A DNA stretch of 64,000 bases from an uncultured Candidatus Saccharibacteria bacterium (GTDB taxonomy: Bacteria; Patescibacteriota; Minisyncoccia; Phycocordibacterales; GWA1-40-21), in the NCBI GenBank assembly GCA_964605355.1, contig CAZSCE010000001.1:103-64102 (forward strand), written 5' to 3'. Shown here piece after piece: positions 9,986 to 19,643 of the stretch. The notes under the pieces were generated by a model. It was not told the DNA's origin. It was given only the letters and a program-made list of their open reading frames with translations, and did not search any database. The translations under genes and the position numbers were made by a program. Positions within the stretch are counted from its first letter, which is position 1. Every line of letters starts with the position of its first letter.

Positions 9986-11281
9986 ATGAATTTTCAAATT
10001 GAAGGCGGGCACAAATTATCAGGCACAGTAGTAACCAAAACCTCAAAAAATGGGGCCATGGGCGTTATTTGTGCTTCCCTATTAAATAAAGGAAAAACAA
10101 TTATTAAAAACGTGCCTAAAATTGAGGAAGTTTTCAGAATGATAGAAGTTTTAGAAAGTATTGGTGTCTCCGCAAAGTGGAATGACGCTGATTTAGAAAT
10201 ATTACCAGGCAAAATTAATTTAAAAAATATTAATAAAGAAAGTGCGGAGAAAACCCGAAGTATTATTATGCTGATTGGCCCACTGATTCACCTTTTGAAA
10301 AAGTTTTCCTTACCACAACCAGGTGGCTGTAATTTAGGTTCACGAACCTTGAAGCCACATTTATTTGCGTTACAAAAATTTGGTGTACAAATTGAAACTA
10401 AGAAATGTAGTTACAATGTCAGCCGTGGAGCATTACAACCAAATGAAATTATTTTATATGAAAGCGGTGACACCGTGACGGAAAATACCATTATAGCCGC
10501 CGCCTTAATTCCTGGAAAAACCGTTATAAAATATGCTTCTGCCAATTATATGGGGCAGGAAGTTTGTTTCTATTTACAGAAATGTGGAGTAAAGATTGAG
10601 GGTATTGGCACCACCACTATTACTGTTCATGGAGTAAAAGAAATTAATTCTCCAGTCACCTATTATCTATCAGAAGACCCAATTGAGTCTATGTTTTTTA
10701 TTTCTACCGCTATTGTCACTAAATCAAAATTAAAAATAAAACGCTGCCCAATTGATTTTTTGGAACTGGAGCTTTTAAAATTAGAAAAGATGGGTTTGAA
10801 ATATTCCAAATCAAAAGTTTATAAATCATTAAATAAGGAAACAAATTTAGTAGACTTAATTATCTTTTCTTCAAAATTAATAGCCTTGGAGGAGAAAATT
10901 CACCCTAGCGTCTATCCGGGAATAAATATGGATAATTTACCTTTCTTTGCCATTATTGCCACTCAGGCGGAGGGCACTACCTTGATTCATGATTGGCCTT
11001 ATGAAAAAAGAATGATCCATGTCAAAGATATTGATAAGCTGGGTGCTGATACAAACTTGGTTGATTGTCACCGCTTATATATAACTGGTATTACAAAATT
11101 AAAACCAGCGGAAATTATCTGCCCTCCAGCTCTACGCCCCGCCGCTATCCTGCTTATTGGTATGCTAGCTGCCAAAGGCCGCTCCATGCTCAGAAACGTG
11201 TATAGTATTAACCGCGGTTATGAAGATATTGCCCTCCGCCTCAACGCCCTCGGCGCCAAAATAAATATCTTGAAAGATTAG
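9986..11281 (+). CDS. murA: UDP-N-acetylglucosamine 1-carboxyvinyltransferase
   Basis: SKNG, PGGCNLGSR catalytic Cys loop, RGYE; start moved to ATG 9986. Confidence 0.88.
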   Translation: MNFQIEGGHKLSGTVVTKTSKNGAMGVICASLLNKGKTIIKNVPKIEEVFRMIEVLESIGVSAKWNDADLEILPGKINLKNINKESAEKTRSIIMLIGPLIHLLKKFSLPQPGGCNLGSRTLKPHLFALQKFGVQIETKKCSYNVSRGALQPNEIILYESGDTVTENTIIAAALIPGKTVIKYASANYMGQEVCFYLQKCGVKIEGIGTTTITVHGVKEINSPVTYYLSEDPIESMFFISTAIVTKSKLKIKRCPIDFLELELLKLEKMGLKYSKSKVYKSLNKETNLVDLIIFSSKLIALEEKIHPSVYPGINMDNLPFFAIIATQAEGTTLIHDWPYEKRMIHVKDIDKLGADTNLVDCHRLYITGITKLKPAEIICPPALRPAAILLIGMLAAKGRSMLRNVYSINRGYEDIALRLNALGAKINILKD

Positions 11282-11307
11282 GGTTTTTGTGCCAGTATAT
11301 AGGCCTG

Positions 11308-13218
11308 ATGAAATTACTGAGCGTTATACCCATATCGCGAGGAATTAACAAGGAAAGCTTGTCATATTTTACCGGCTCAGACATTTCCGTGGGATCTGTG
11401 GTAAAAGTCCCCTTAAGGAAGAAAATCATCCCCGCTATCGTTATTTCTGCTGAAGATGTGGCTGATGTAAAAGCCGAGATTAAAAATGCCAGTTTTGAAA
11501 CTCGCAAAGTAGAAAAAATAAAGTCCTCCACCTTATTATCAAAAGAATTTATGGCCGCTGTTTCTGAGACCGCAGTATTTTTTGCCAGCACTTCCGGCAG
11601 TGTATTACATTCTGTTGTGCCCAAAACCATTATTGAGGAAGCGGATAAAATTAAATGTAGTATCCGTGAATTAAAAGGCCAGCGCATCCACGAGAAATTA
11701 GTAATTCAATGTGATGACGAGGAAAGATATGCTACCTATAAAAGTTTGATCCGCGAGGAATTTGCCAAAGGCTACTCCGTTTTTTTCTGCTTACCCACTA
11801 TTCAGGATATTAAAAAAGCACTTGAAAAATTATCCAAAGGGATAGAGCAATATACTTTTGTTCTTCACAGCCTATTATCCCAAAAAGAACAACTGGAGCT
11901 TTGGAACAAGGCGGCCAATGAGGAACACCCATCCCTAATTATTTGTACCGGCTCATTTTTAGGTATCCCCAGAAATGATATTGGCACCATAATTGTGGAC
12001 AAAGAAAATACCCGTTCCTATAAAAGCCAAAGCCGGCCTTTTGTGGATATGAGAAACTTTGCAGAAACCCTGGCGGAAAAAATTAAGGCTAAAATAGTTT
12101 TTGGAGATTTACTTTTGCGGACAGAAACAATTTATCGACACACGGAAGCGGAGATATTTGAAGTGGCGCCTTTGAAATTCCGTTCCCTCACTACGGCAAA
12201 TTTAAAGTTAATAAATATGCGGGAAACTTTACCAGGGAATATTGAAACCGGTAAGGAAGGTAAAGAACCAAAATTTAAATTATTTAGTGATGATTTATTA
12301 AACTTGATTAAAGATAATCAGCTAAATGATGAAAACTTGTTTATTTTTGTGGCCAGACGAGGGCTTTTCCCCTCTACCGTTTGTGCGGATTGTGGCAGCC
12401 TCATCCGCTGTAATTCCTGTGGCGCGCCCACCGTTTTACACAAGGCACCAAGTGAGAACTTTTTCCTTTGCCACCGTTGTGGTGAACACCGCAGTGCCAT
12501 GGAAAAGTGTAATAATTGCCAGAGCTGGAGACTATCCACTTTTGGTATTGGGATAGAGGCGGTAGAGGAAGAATTAAAAGAAAGGTTTCCCAATATCAAA
12601 ATATTTAAGGTTGATTCTGATAGCGCCAGCACTCATAAAAAGGCCCTGGACACTATGGCTAAATTTTATGCTTCCCCCGGTAGTATATTACTGGGCACGG
12701 AAATGGCCTTATTATATTTAAAAGACTCGGTAGCTAATACTGCTGTGGTTTCTATTGATTCATTTTTCTCCATCCCAGACTTTAGGGTAAATGAAAAAGT
12801 AATGAATATATTATTAAAGATTCGCGCCGCTTCATCTAGAAACTTTTTAGTGCAAACCCGTGATATAGAACAAAAAATATTAAAGTATGCGCTGGCGGGA
12901 AACTTGGCAGACTTTTACCGTGATGAGATCAAAGAAAGAACCAGCCTGGCTTACCCACCTTTTTCTATACCAATAAAAATAACCCTGCAGGGTGACAAAA
13001 AAACCGTTTTGGCCGGCATGGAGAATTTACAAAAAGAGATGGCCCCATTTGAGGTGGATATTTTCCCCGCCTTTATCCCCATCCAGAAGGGCAAATTCAG
13101 TATGCACGGATTAATAAAAGTTAAACAGGGTGAATGGGTGGATCAGGAATTATTAAATAAGCTGAATTCCCTTTCCCCAAGCTTTACTGTGAATGTTGAC
13201 CCCGAGAGTCTTTTGTAA
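11308..13218 (+). CDS. priA: primosomal protein N-prime (PriA) with degenerate helicase motifs
   Basis: N-terminal 3'-DNA-binding domain, four CxxC pairs after RRG, C-terminal VDP; priA-def-fmt order; no Walker A or DEEH. Confidence 0.85.
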   Translation: MKLLSVIPISRGINKESLSYFTGSDISVGSVVKVPLRKKIIPAIVISAEDVADVKAEIKNASFETRKVEKIKSSTLLSKEFMAAVSETAVFFASTSGSVLHSVVPKTIIEEADKIKCSIRELKGQRIHEKLVIQCDDEERYATYKSLIREEFAKGYSVFFCLPTIQDIKKALEKLSKGIEQYTFVLHSLLSQKEQLELWNKAANEEHPSLIICTGSFLGIPRNDIGTIIVDKENTRSYKSQSRPFVDMRNFAETLAEKIKAKIVFGDLLLRTETIYRHTEAEIFEVAPLKFRSLTTANLKLINMRETLPGNIETGKEGKEPKFKLFSDDLLNLIKDNQLNDENLFIFVARRGLFPSTVCADCGSLIRCNSCGAPTVLHKAPSENFFLCHRCGEHRSAMEKCNNCQSWRLSTFGIGIEAVEEELKERFPNIKIFKVDSDSASTHKKALDTMAKFYASPGSILLGTEMALLYLKDSVANTAVVSIDSFFSIPDFRVNEKVMNILLKIRAASSRNFLVQTRDIEQKILKYALAGNLADFYRDEIKERTSLAYPPFSIPIKITLQGDKKTVLAGMENLQKEMAPFEVDIFPAFIPIQKGKFSMHGLIKVKQGEWVDQELLNKLNSLSPSFTVNVDPESLL

Positions 13219-13230
13219 TATATTATAAAT

Positions 13231-13803
13231 ATGAAGAAAAGTAATTTAGGAAAAACAGCAGTAGAAATTGTCCAAAAAGGCGTGCCGGTATTGAGAGATA
13301 CGGCCCGGAATGTTTTGGCGGAAGAAATATCGGGCCCCAAAATTCAAAAGATTATTGCTGATATGATTGCCGCCCTAGACTCTCAGGATGACGGTGTGGC
13401 TATTGCGGCCCCGCAAATTGGTGTCCCGCTCCGAATATTTGTGGTTTCCAGAAAGGCTGAATTACTAATGAAAGGCGTAGAAAATATTGCCGAGAAGGAT
13501 TTAAAGAATTTAAAATATCCAGTATATATTAATCCAGAAATCAAGAAATTATCCAGGACCAGGGTGCGCGTGGATGAAGGCTGTCTCTCTGTTCGTTATT
13601 TATATGGCAAGGTGGAAAGAGCAGAAAAGGCCACTGTCACGGCTTATGATGAAAATGGCAAGAAATTTACCAAGGGGGCTAGTGGTTTACTAGCCCAGAT
13701 ATTTCAGCACGAAATTGATCACCTAAATGGTATATTATTTATTGATAAAGCAGATGATATTGTAGAGGTTTTACCAGAAAGGAAATCACCAGATGATAAA
13801 TAA
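13231..13803 (+). CDS. def: peptide deformylase
   Basis: GVAIAAPQIG, EGCLS, QHEIDHLNG. Confidence 0.97.
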   Translation: MKKSNLGKTAVEIVQKGVPVLRDTARNVLAEEISGPKIQKIIADMIAALDSQDDGVAIAAPQIGVPLRIFVVSRKAELLMKGVENIAEKDLKNLKYPVYINPEIKKLSRTRVRVDEGCLSVRYLYGKVERAEKATVTAYDENGKKFTKGASGLLAQIFQHEIDHLNGILFIDKADDIVEVLPERKSPDDK

Positions 13804-14659
13804 AACTAATATTGCCTTTTTTGGAAATTCAAAATTCTCGGTTTTTTGTTTGGAAGAAATGAAAAATCAGGGTTTGACACCAGCGGTGGTTATTACCACA
13901 CCAGATAAACCCACGGGGCGAAAAATGCTTTTAACTAAAAGCGAAACCAAAGTGTGGGCAGAAAATAATAATGTGCCTTTCATAGAACAAGATAAATTAA
14001 AAGATGAAACTTTCCTAGAAAAACTAAAACAATATGATTTATTTCTTGTGGCCTCATACGGCAAAATCGTGCCAAAAGTTATTCTGGATATGCCTAAATA
14101 TGGTGTTTTAAACATCCACCCATCCCTATTGCCAAAATACCGCGGCCCTTCCCCACTTCAGGAACAAATTCTAAATGATGAAAAAAATGTGGGTGTGACC
14201 GTGATGCTTATGGATGAGCAAGTGGATCATGGACCAATTATTGCTCAGGAAAAACTGCCTGCCCCGAGCCTGTTGAAGGGGCCGGCTAATTTGATTGAAC
14301 TAAAAGAAATCACTGCAAAAACCGGAGTAAAATTGCTGGTAGAAAATTTAGATGCTTGGATTAATAAAAAAATAGAAGCAGAAGAGCAAGATCATGATCA
14401 AGCTACTTTTACTAAAAAGGTGGAGAAGAATGATGGTTTATTAGACCTAGAATTTGGGAAGCCTTATGAGAATTATTTAAAAACCAAGGCTTATTACCCC
14501 TGGCCCGGCACTTTCTTCTTTATTTCTAAGGGTGACAAAAAAATCCGTGTGGTTATCAAGGAATCAGAATATATTGACGGGGCCTTTCATATCCTAAAAG
14601 TTATCCCCGAAGGTAAGAAAGAAATGAGTTATGGTGATTTTCTTCGTGGTCTAAATTAA
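13793..14659 (+). CDS. fmt: methionyl-tRNA formyltransferase
   Basis: PDKPTGR, LNIHPSLLPKYRGPSP, DHGPI. Confidence 0.95.
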   Translation: MINKTNIAFFGNSKFSVFCLEEMKNQGLTPAVVITTPDKPTGRKMLLTKSETKVWAENNNVPFIEQDKLKDETFLEKLKQYDLFLVASYGKIVPKVILDMPKYGVLNIHPSLLPKYRGPSPLQEQILNDEKNVGVTVMLMDEQVDHGPIIAQEKLPAPSLLKGPANLIELKEITAKTGVKLLVENLDAWINKKIEAEEQDHDQATFTKKVEKNDGLLDLEFGKPYENYLKTKAYYPWPGTFFFISKGDKKIRVVIKESEYIDGAFHILKVIPEGKKEMSYGDFLRGLN

Positions 14660-14729
14660 AAAAACCTCAGGAATTTCCTCGTAGTGATTAGTCCGCGTTA
14701 AACGGAGAGGATTTTCCTGAGGTTTTTTT
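14658..14729. terminator. long bidirectional terminator-like hairpin with branched loop
   Basis: A7-CCTCAGGAA..TCCTC / GAGGA..TTCCTGAGG-T7 between convergent fmt and cyclophilin. Confidence 0.7.
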
Positions 14730-14731
14730 GA

Positions 14732-15388
14732 TTATTTTACAATCACCTTTGTCACAATAACTGGTGTGAGTGGTAAATCATTTTGACCAGTTTGGGAATT
14801 TTCAATTTTTTCCACCACATCCATACCTGCCGTCACCTTACCAAACACAGTGTGTTTACCAATGAGCCATGGTGTCTCTAGTGCAGTGATAATAAAGAAT
14901 TGGCTACCGTTAGTATTTGGACCAGAATTTGCCATAGCTATCATACCCTTTACCATTGGTAAACTATTTGGCTCATCGGCAAACTTATAACCAGGACCAC
15001 CAGTACCATAAACAGAGGCATCATCACCCTTGGTATATGGATCCCCGCCTTGGATCATAAAACTCTTGATCACCCGGTGAAATTTGGTATTATCATAAAT
15101 ACCGTCTTGAGCTAGCTTTACAAAGTTAGCCACTGTCTTTGGTGCCTTGGCCGGATAAAGCTCTAAATCAATATTTCCTAAACTGGTTTCTATAGTTACT
15201 AATTGTTTTACTTCGGCCATAACTTTTATTGTTTTAACTTCTTTATTTTCTATTAAAGCGGTTGACGTTCCGGTTTGAGAAGCAGGTTTACTTACGCCGG
15301 AGGCATAACCAATTACTAAAACGATAATCACAATAACTATCACATAAAAAATTGCCCCTGGATTAATTATTTTTTTCCAATCTTCCAT
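14732..15388 (-). CDS. cyclophilin-type peptidyl-prolyl isomerase with N-terminal TM
   Basis: FHRVIKSFMIQGGDP, MANSGPNTNGSQFFI, HTVFG. Confidence 0.95.
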   Translation of the reverse strand: MEDWKKIINPGAIFYVIVIVIIVLVIGYASGVSKPASQTGTSTALIENKEVKTIKVMAEVKQLVTIETSLGNIDLELYPAKAPKTVANFVKLAQDGIYDNTKFHRVIKSFMIQGGDPYTKGDDASVYGTGGPGYKFADEPNSLPMVKGMIAMANSGPNTNGSQFFIITALETPWLIGKHTVFGKVTAGMDVVEKIENSQTGQNDLPLTPVIVTKVIVK

Positions 15389-15394
15389 AAATAT

Positions 15395-15772
15395 TTACTC
15401 TTGGTCACTAGACATAAAGCCTTTTAATAAATTCTTGATTTGCGCTCCACCCCGCTTTAGCAAACTCACTTTTTTATCTTTGTTTGACTGCAGGGCGTGC
15501 ACCATATCGTCCTTGGCAATATCAATAGAAGCAAATAATTCACCTTGCTCTGATACTGCGCGTAAGTTTTTACCTGAAATGTGGAGGTTTATTTCTGTCC
15601 TAAATACATCACCATTTTTATGATGATTTGAAACTTTACCAAGCTCTACGTCACATAAGGCACTACTATCTGTGGGGTCTATAAATTTTTCCAAATGTGC
15701 CAGTTTCTTATAAAGATAATCCTTTATATCAGGCGTAATCTGCATATTTGTCCCTTTTTCATTTATAACCAT
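15395..15772 (-). CDS. hpf: ribosome hibernation factor HPF/RaiA family
   Basis: GTNMQITPDIKDYLYKKL, LFASIDIA pattern of S30AE family. Confidence 0.8.
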   Translation of the reverse strand: MVINEKGTNMQITPDIKDYLYKKLAHLEKFIDPTDSSALCDVELGKVSNHHKNGDVFRTEINLHISGKNLRAVSEQGELFASIDIAKDDMVHALQSNKDKKVSLLKRGGAQIKNLLKGFMSSDQE

Positions 15773-15779
15773 ATATTTA

Positions 15780-16481
15780 TTATTTAGCTAATAAACCATC
15801 AATGGTGGATTTTACGGAAGCATATGGCTGCGCACCATTAATAGAATAATTACCATTCTTGGTAATTATAACACTCCAAGGTGTACCCTGACCGCCAGTT
15901 AACTGCGCGTTTTGAACATCAGCCTCTATTTTTGCATCATATTTACCACTACTTAAGCAAACATTAAATTTAGCAACATCTAGACCCACATATTCAGCAA
16001 TCTTTGGTAATTCAGCAGCGTCCAATCCATTATTAGCCGGGGTAATACCATATAATCTATCAGTATATTCCCAGAATTTATCATTTCCACCAAGCTCATT
16101 TGCACACTCCTGAGCTGCAGCTTCTAACCTAGACTTTGGGTGAAGCTGATCAAGTGGTGAGTGCCTATAAACCCAAGCCACCTTACCTGCCTTACCATAC
16201 TCTTCAATTATCTGCTTCATGGTGGTATGAAAACGGCTACAGAAAGGGCACTCAGTATCAGAATATTCCACAACAATAACCGGGGCATTTGGATTACCTC
16301 TAATATGATCATCAGCAGATACTGGTCTGACTTGAGCAAGTCCTGGTGCCGTGACAACTGGTGCCACGGGCGCACTAGGGCTATCTACTTTTTTACCACC
16401 GCCAAAAAACATAGCGCCAGCAATAATAACTCCTGCTAAAACAATAGCTATTGGTGTTGAATAATTTGATTTATTTTCCAT
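15780..16481 (-). CDS. DsbA-family thiol-disulfide oxidoreductase
   Basis: GNPNAPV, EYSDTECPFC, GTP cis-Pro loop, N-terminal TM. Confidence 0.9.
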   Translation of the reverse strand: MENKSNYSTPIAIVLAGVIIAGAMFFGGGKKVDSPSAPVAPVVTAPGLAQVRPVSADDHIRGNPNAPVIVVEYSDTECPFCSRFHTTMKQIIEEYGKAGKVAWVYRHSPLDQLHPKSRLEAAAQECANELGGNDKFWEYTDRLYGITPANNGLDAAELPKIAEYVGLDVAKFNVCLSSGKYDAKIEADVQNAQLTGGQGTPWSVIITKNGNYSINGAQPYASVKSTIDGLLAK

Positions 16482-16571
16482 AAATTATAACTAATTAATT
16501 AATAATAAACTAAGTATATCACATTTATAATTTACCTGCCAAAATTTTTATCAGATAAAAACTTAGGCGGG

Positions 16572-17504
16572 TTAATCAAAAAATACGCCTAAATAATTGT
16601 TGATTTTTCTTTGGTCAAGATCGTAAAAATAATCTCCACTTCTGTGAAGCCTCTCAGCTAAATCAACCCCCACAAAACGCCAATGCCATGGTTCGTAAAC
16701 ATAGTAGGAATTACCTTTAGGATAAGATAATATAAAACCATATTTATAAGCATTTTTATTTAACCAGGTATAAGCCTCAGTTTTATCAAAGGTGTCAAAA
16801 GTGTCCTTTAGAACTGCTGTGGTAAAATCTATAGTAGTACCTAATTGATGTTCTGAATAACCCTGATCAGCAGAAAATTGATTTGCTGTCCCCGCTCCAT
16901 AAATAATATTATAAGTAGATTTCAAGGCTGATTGATCACCAAATGATCTATAAGCTGAGATAACTTTTATATCAATACCATCATCAGTAGCTGCTTTTAG
17001 CATTTTTTCTAAAAAAGGCTCCACCTTCCCATAGAACTGATATTTTTTACCATCTTTGTAAACATATTCACTTGGAATATTATCTAAGGTGGCTGGAGTA
17101 TAATTTTCATTTAAGAAGAAAACCTTGGAATATTTCTGTAGTAATTGCGGATCAACCTTACTTAATTTATCCAGAGCCACCGCGGTATCATTTACTTGCT
17201 CCACCTGATCAAGCAAATCACTAGTCTGACTGATCTGATCCTGCACAGTACTATTTAACAAATTGTTTTGGGCCACAATACCGGTAATTTGTTCCTGCAA
17301 ACCCTGAATAGCCCCGGTAAAGGCAACAGTGGTACTAGCTACTTTTTGATTCTGGATCTCAACTGCTTTTTTCAAGGAATAGTTACGGTACTCACCAAAA
17401 CCTATAATTAAAGCCACTAAAACCACCACCCCCATAGTAATAAACACATGATAAGCGGTAAAAACTCGGTGCATCATATCCCTAAATTTTTTTAATTTTT
17501 CCAT
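16572..17504 (-). CDS. M15B/VanY-family D-Ala-D-Ala carboxypeptidase with TM and coiled coil
   Basis: SAYRS, SEHQLGTTID, EPWHWRFVG. Confidence 0.9.
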   Translation of the reverse strand: MEKLKKFRDMMHRVFTAYHVFITMGVVVLVALIIGFGEYRNYSLKKAVEIQNQKVASTTVAFTGAIQGLQEQITGIVAQNNLLNSTVQDQISQTSDLLDQVEQVNDTAVALDKLSKVDPQLLQKYSKVFFLNENYTPATLDNIPSEYVYKDGKKYQFYGKVEPFLEKMLKAATDDGIDIKVISAYRSFGDQSALKSTYNIIYGAGTANQFSADQGYSEHQLGTTIDFTTAVLKDTFDTFDKTEAYTWLNKNAYKYGFILSYPKGNSYYVYEPWHWRFVGVDLAERLHRSGDYFYDLDQRKINNYLGVFFD

Positions 17505-17600
17505 AGGCACATTATAGCACTTTTTCTCTCCACAAGGAATTCACACTTTATACCCGTATTGGATTTGTGGCTTTTAAAAAACATATGCTAAAATGCCAGC

Positions 17601-19001
17601 ATGTCACAACAAACTGTAAAAAAAAGTGTCACCAGGATTCCCCCAAATAATATTGATTCTGAGCGCGCCCTTTTGGGCTCCATCATGCTCCGGCCAGAAG
17701 CTATTCATGAAATCATGGACATAATTAAGGCTGATGCTTTTTATGCGGAAAAACACCGGATTATTTTTCAGGCGATGGGTGAGATTTTTCAGCGCAATGA
17801 ACCAATTGACCTTCTCACCATTTCTGCCCGTTTGACCGAAAAAAACCAGTTGGATCACACTGGTGGCACCGGCTATCTCACAGAATTAGTGAACTTAGTT
17901 CCCTCATCAGCTAACGCTGAGCATTATGCGGAAATTGTGCAGAAAAAATATGTGATGCGCCAACTGATTGAAGCCTCGGAACATATTTCACTTTTGGGTT
18001 ATGAAGAGGCTGAGGACCTCAGTACCCTGCTTGATTTAGCTGAGAAAAAAATATATGAAGTGACCCAAGGAAAAACTTCTAATAAATTTGTGGAGATTAA
18101 AGATATATTAGCGGAAGCCTGGGAGCGTGCTGATAAATTACATAAGAGTAAAGATGAGCTCCGTGGAATTCCTACCGGCTTTCGTGATTTGGACGCTAAA
18201 CTGTCAGGTCTTCAAAAATCAGATTTAATTATTCTTGCCGCCCGCCCTTCTATGGGAAAAACTTCCCTGGCCCTAGATATTGCCCGCCAGGCCGCTATCA
18301 AACATAATGTTCCTGTTGCTATCTTCTCCTTGGAAATGTCAAACCAGCAATTAGTGGACCGTATGATTGCCGCTGAATCACGAGTGGATTCCTGGAAATT
18401 ACGTACTGGTAAATTAACTTTGGAGAGTGATTTTGACCGTATTCGTGATTCCCTGGGTGTCTTGGCCAAGGCCCCTATCTTTGTGGATGATCAGCCTGCC
18501 AACAATATTTTGAAAATGCGCGGTGTGGTGCGCCGATTAAAAAATGAAAAAGGAATTGGCCTAGTGGTGGTGGACTACCTACAACTCATGGCACCAGTAC
18601 AAAATAAAAATAATGATAATTTGGTTCAGCAAATAACAGAGATTTCCCGCTCGCTAAAGCATTTGGCTCGTGAATTTGATGTGCCGGTATTAGCCCTTTC
18701 CCAGCTTTCTCGTGCGGTGGAACAACGTGGAGGCCGTCCCCGCCTTTCAGACTTACGTGATTCTGGTTCTATTGAGCAGGATGCGGATGTAGTTATGTTT
18801 ATTCACAGTGAAGACAGATATAAAGATGAATCCGAGCATACCAATATTACTGAAATCCTGATTGAAAAGCACAGAAACGGCCCCACCGGTGTGGTACAGC
18901 TGTTCTTTGATAAAAATAAAACCAGCTTTATGGACATTGATAGAAATTCTGATTTCAAGGATTTTGACGGGGCGGCAAAGTCAGATGGTGGCGTGTTTTA
19001 A
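17601..19001 (+). CDS. dnaB: replicative DNA helicase
   Basis: AARPSMGKT, VDYLQL, LSQLSR, LRDSGSIEQDAD. Confidence 0.98.
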   Translation: MSQQTVKKSVTRIPPNNIDSERALLGSIMLRPEAIHEIMDIIKADAFYAEKHRIIFQAMGEIFQRNEPIDLLTISARLTEKNQLDHTGGTGYLTELVNLVPSSANAEHYAEIVQKKYVMRQLIEASEHISLLGYEEAEDLSTLLDLAEKKIYEVTQGKTSNKFVEIKDILAEAWERADKLHKSKDELRGIPTGFRDLDAKLSGLQKSDLIILAARPSMGKTSLALDIARQAAIKHNVPVAIFSLEMSNQQLVDRMIAAESRVDSWKLRTGKLTLESDFDRIRDSLGVLAKAPIFVDDQPANNILKMRGVVRRLKNEKGIGLVVVDYLQLMAPVQNKNNDNLVQQITEISRSLKHLAREFDVPVLALSQLSRAVEQRGGRPRLSDLRDSGSIEQDADVVMFIHSEDRYKDESEHTNITEILIEKHRNGPTGVVQLFFDKNKTSFMDIDRNSDFKDFDGAAKSDGGVF

Positions 19002-19023
19002 AATACTATACTAATATATTCAG

Positions 19024-19641
19024 ATGGACACCATAGACAAGCTAACCGAAATATTTAGAAGCTTCCCGGGGATTGGCCCACGCCAAGCCAAACGCTTTGT
19101 GTATTTTTTACTGACCAGAAATAAAAGTTATATAAAAGACTTTGTGAGCCTGGTGGAAGAATTACAGAAAGAGATCCAGATCTGCTCCGAATGTTTTCAA
19201 TATTTTACTAAAAATAAATCGGCCACCCCACTTTGTGAAATCTGTAATAGTAAGAACCGTGATGAAAATGTACTGATGATAGTGGCTCGGGATATTGATT
19301 TGGAAAATATTGAAAAAAGCCATTCCTTTAATGGCAAATATTTTGTGCTGGGTGGCACGGTACCAATTCTAGAAAAGAATCCAGAAAATAGAATTCATTT
19401 AAAAGAACTGCTCTCCGCTATAGAAAACAAAGTAAAAAAGGGTTTGAAGGAAATAATTTTAGGTTTTAGTATTAATCCAGAAAGTGAATATACGGCTGAC
19501 TTTGTTATCCTGTCCCTTTCCCCACTTATTTCAAAATATAATTTAAAAATCTCCCACCTCGGCCGCGGCCTCTCCACCGGTACGGAACTTGAATACTCTG
19601 ACGCTGACACCATCAAAAGCGCGCTAGAAAATAGAAAATAA
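19024..19641 (+). CDS. recR: recombination protein RecR
   Basis: PGIGPRQAKR HhH, C4 zinc finger, Toprim region, LEYSD. Confidence 0.93.
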   Translation: MDTIDKLTEIFRSFPGIGPRQAKRFVYFLLTRNKSYIKDFVSLVEELQKEIQICSECFQYFTKNKSATPLCEICNSKNRDENVLMIVARDIDLENIEKSHSFNGKYFVLGGTVPILEKNPENRIHLKELLSAIENKVKKGLKEIILGFSINPESEYTADFVILSLSPLISKYNLKISHLGRGLSTGTELEYSDADTIKSALENRK

Positions 19642-19643
19642 AT

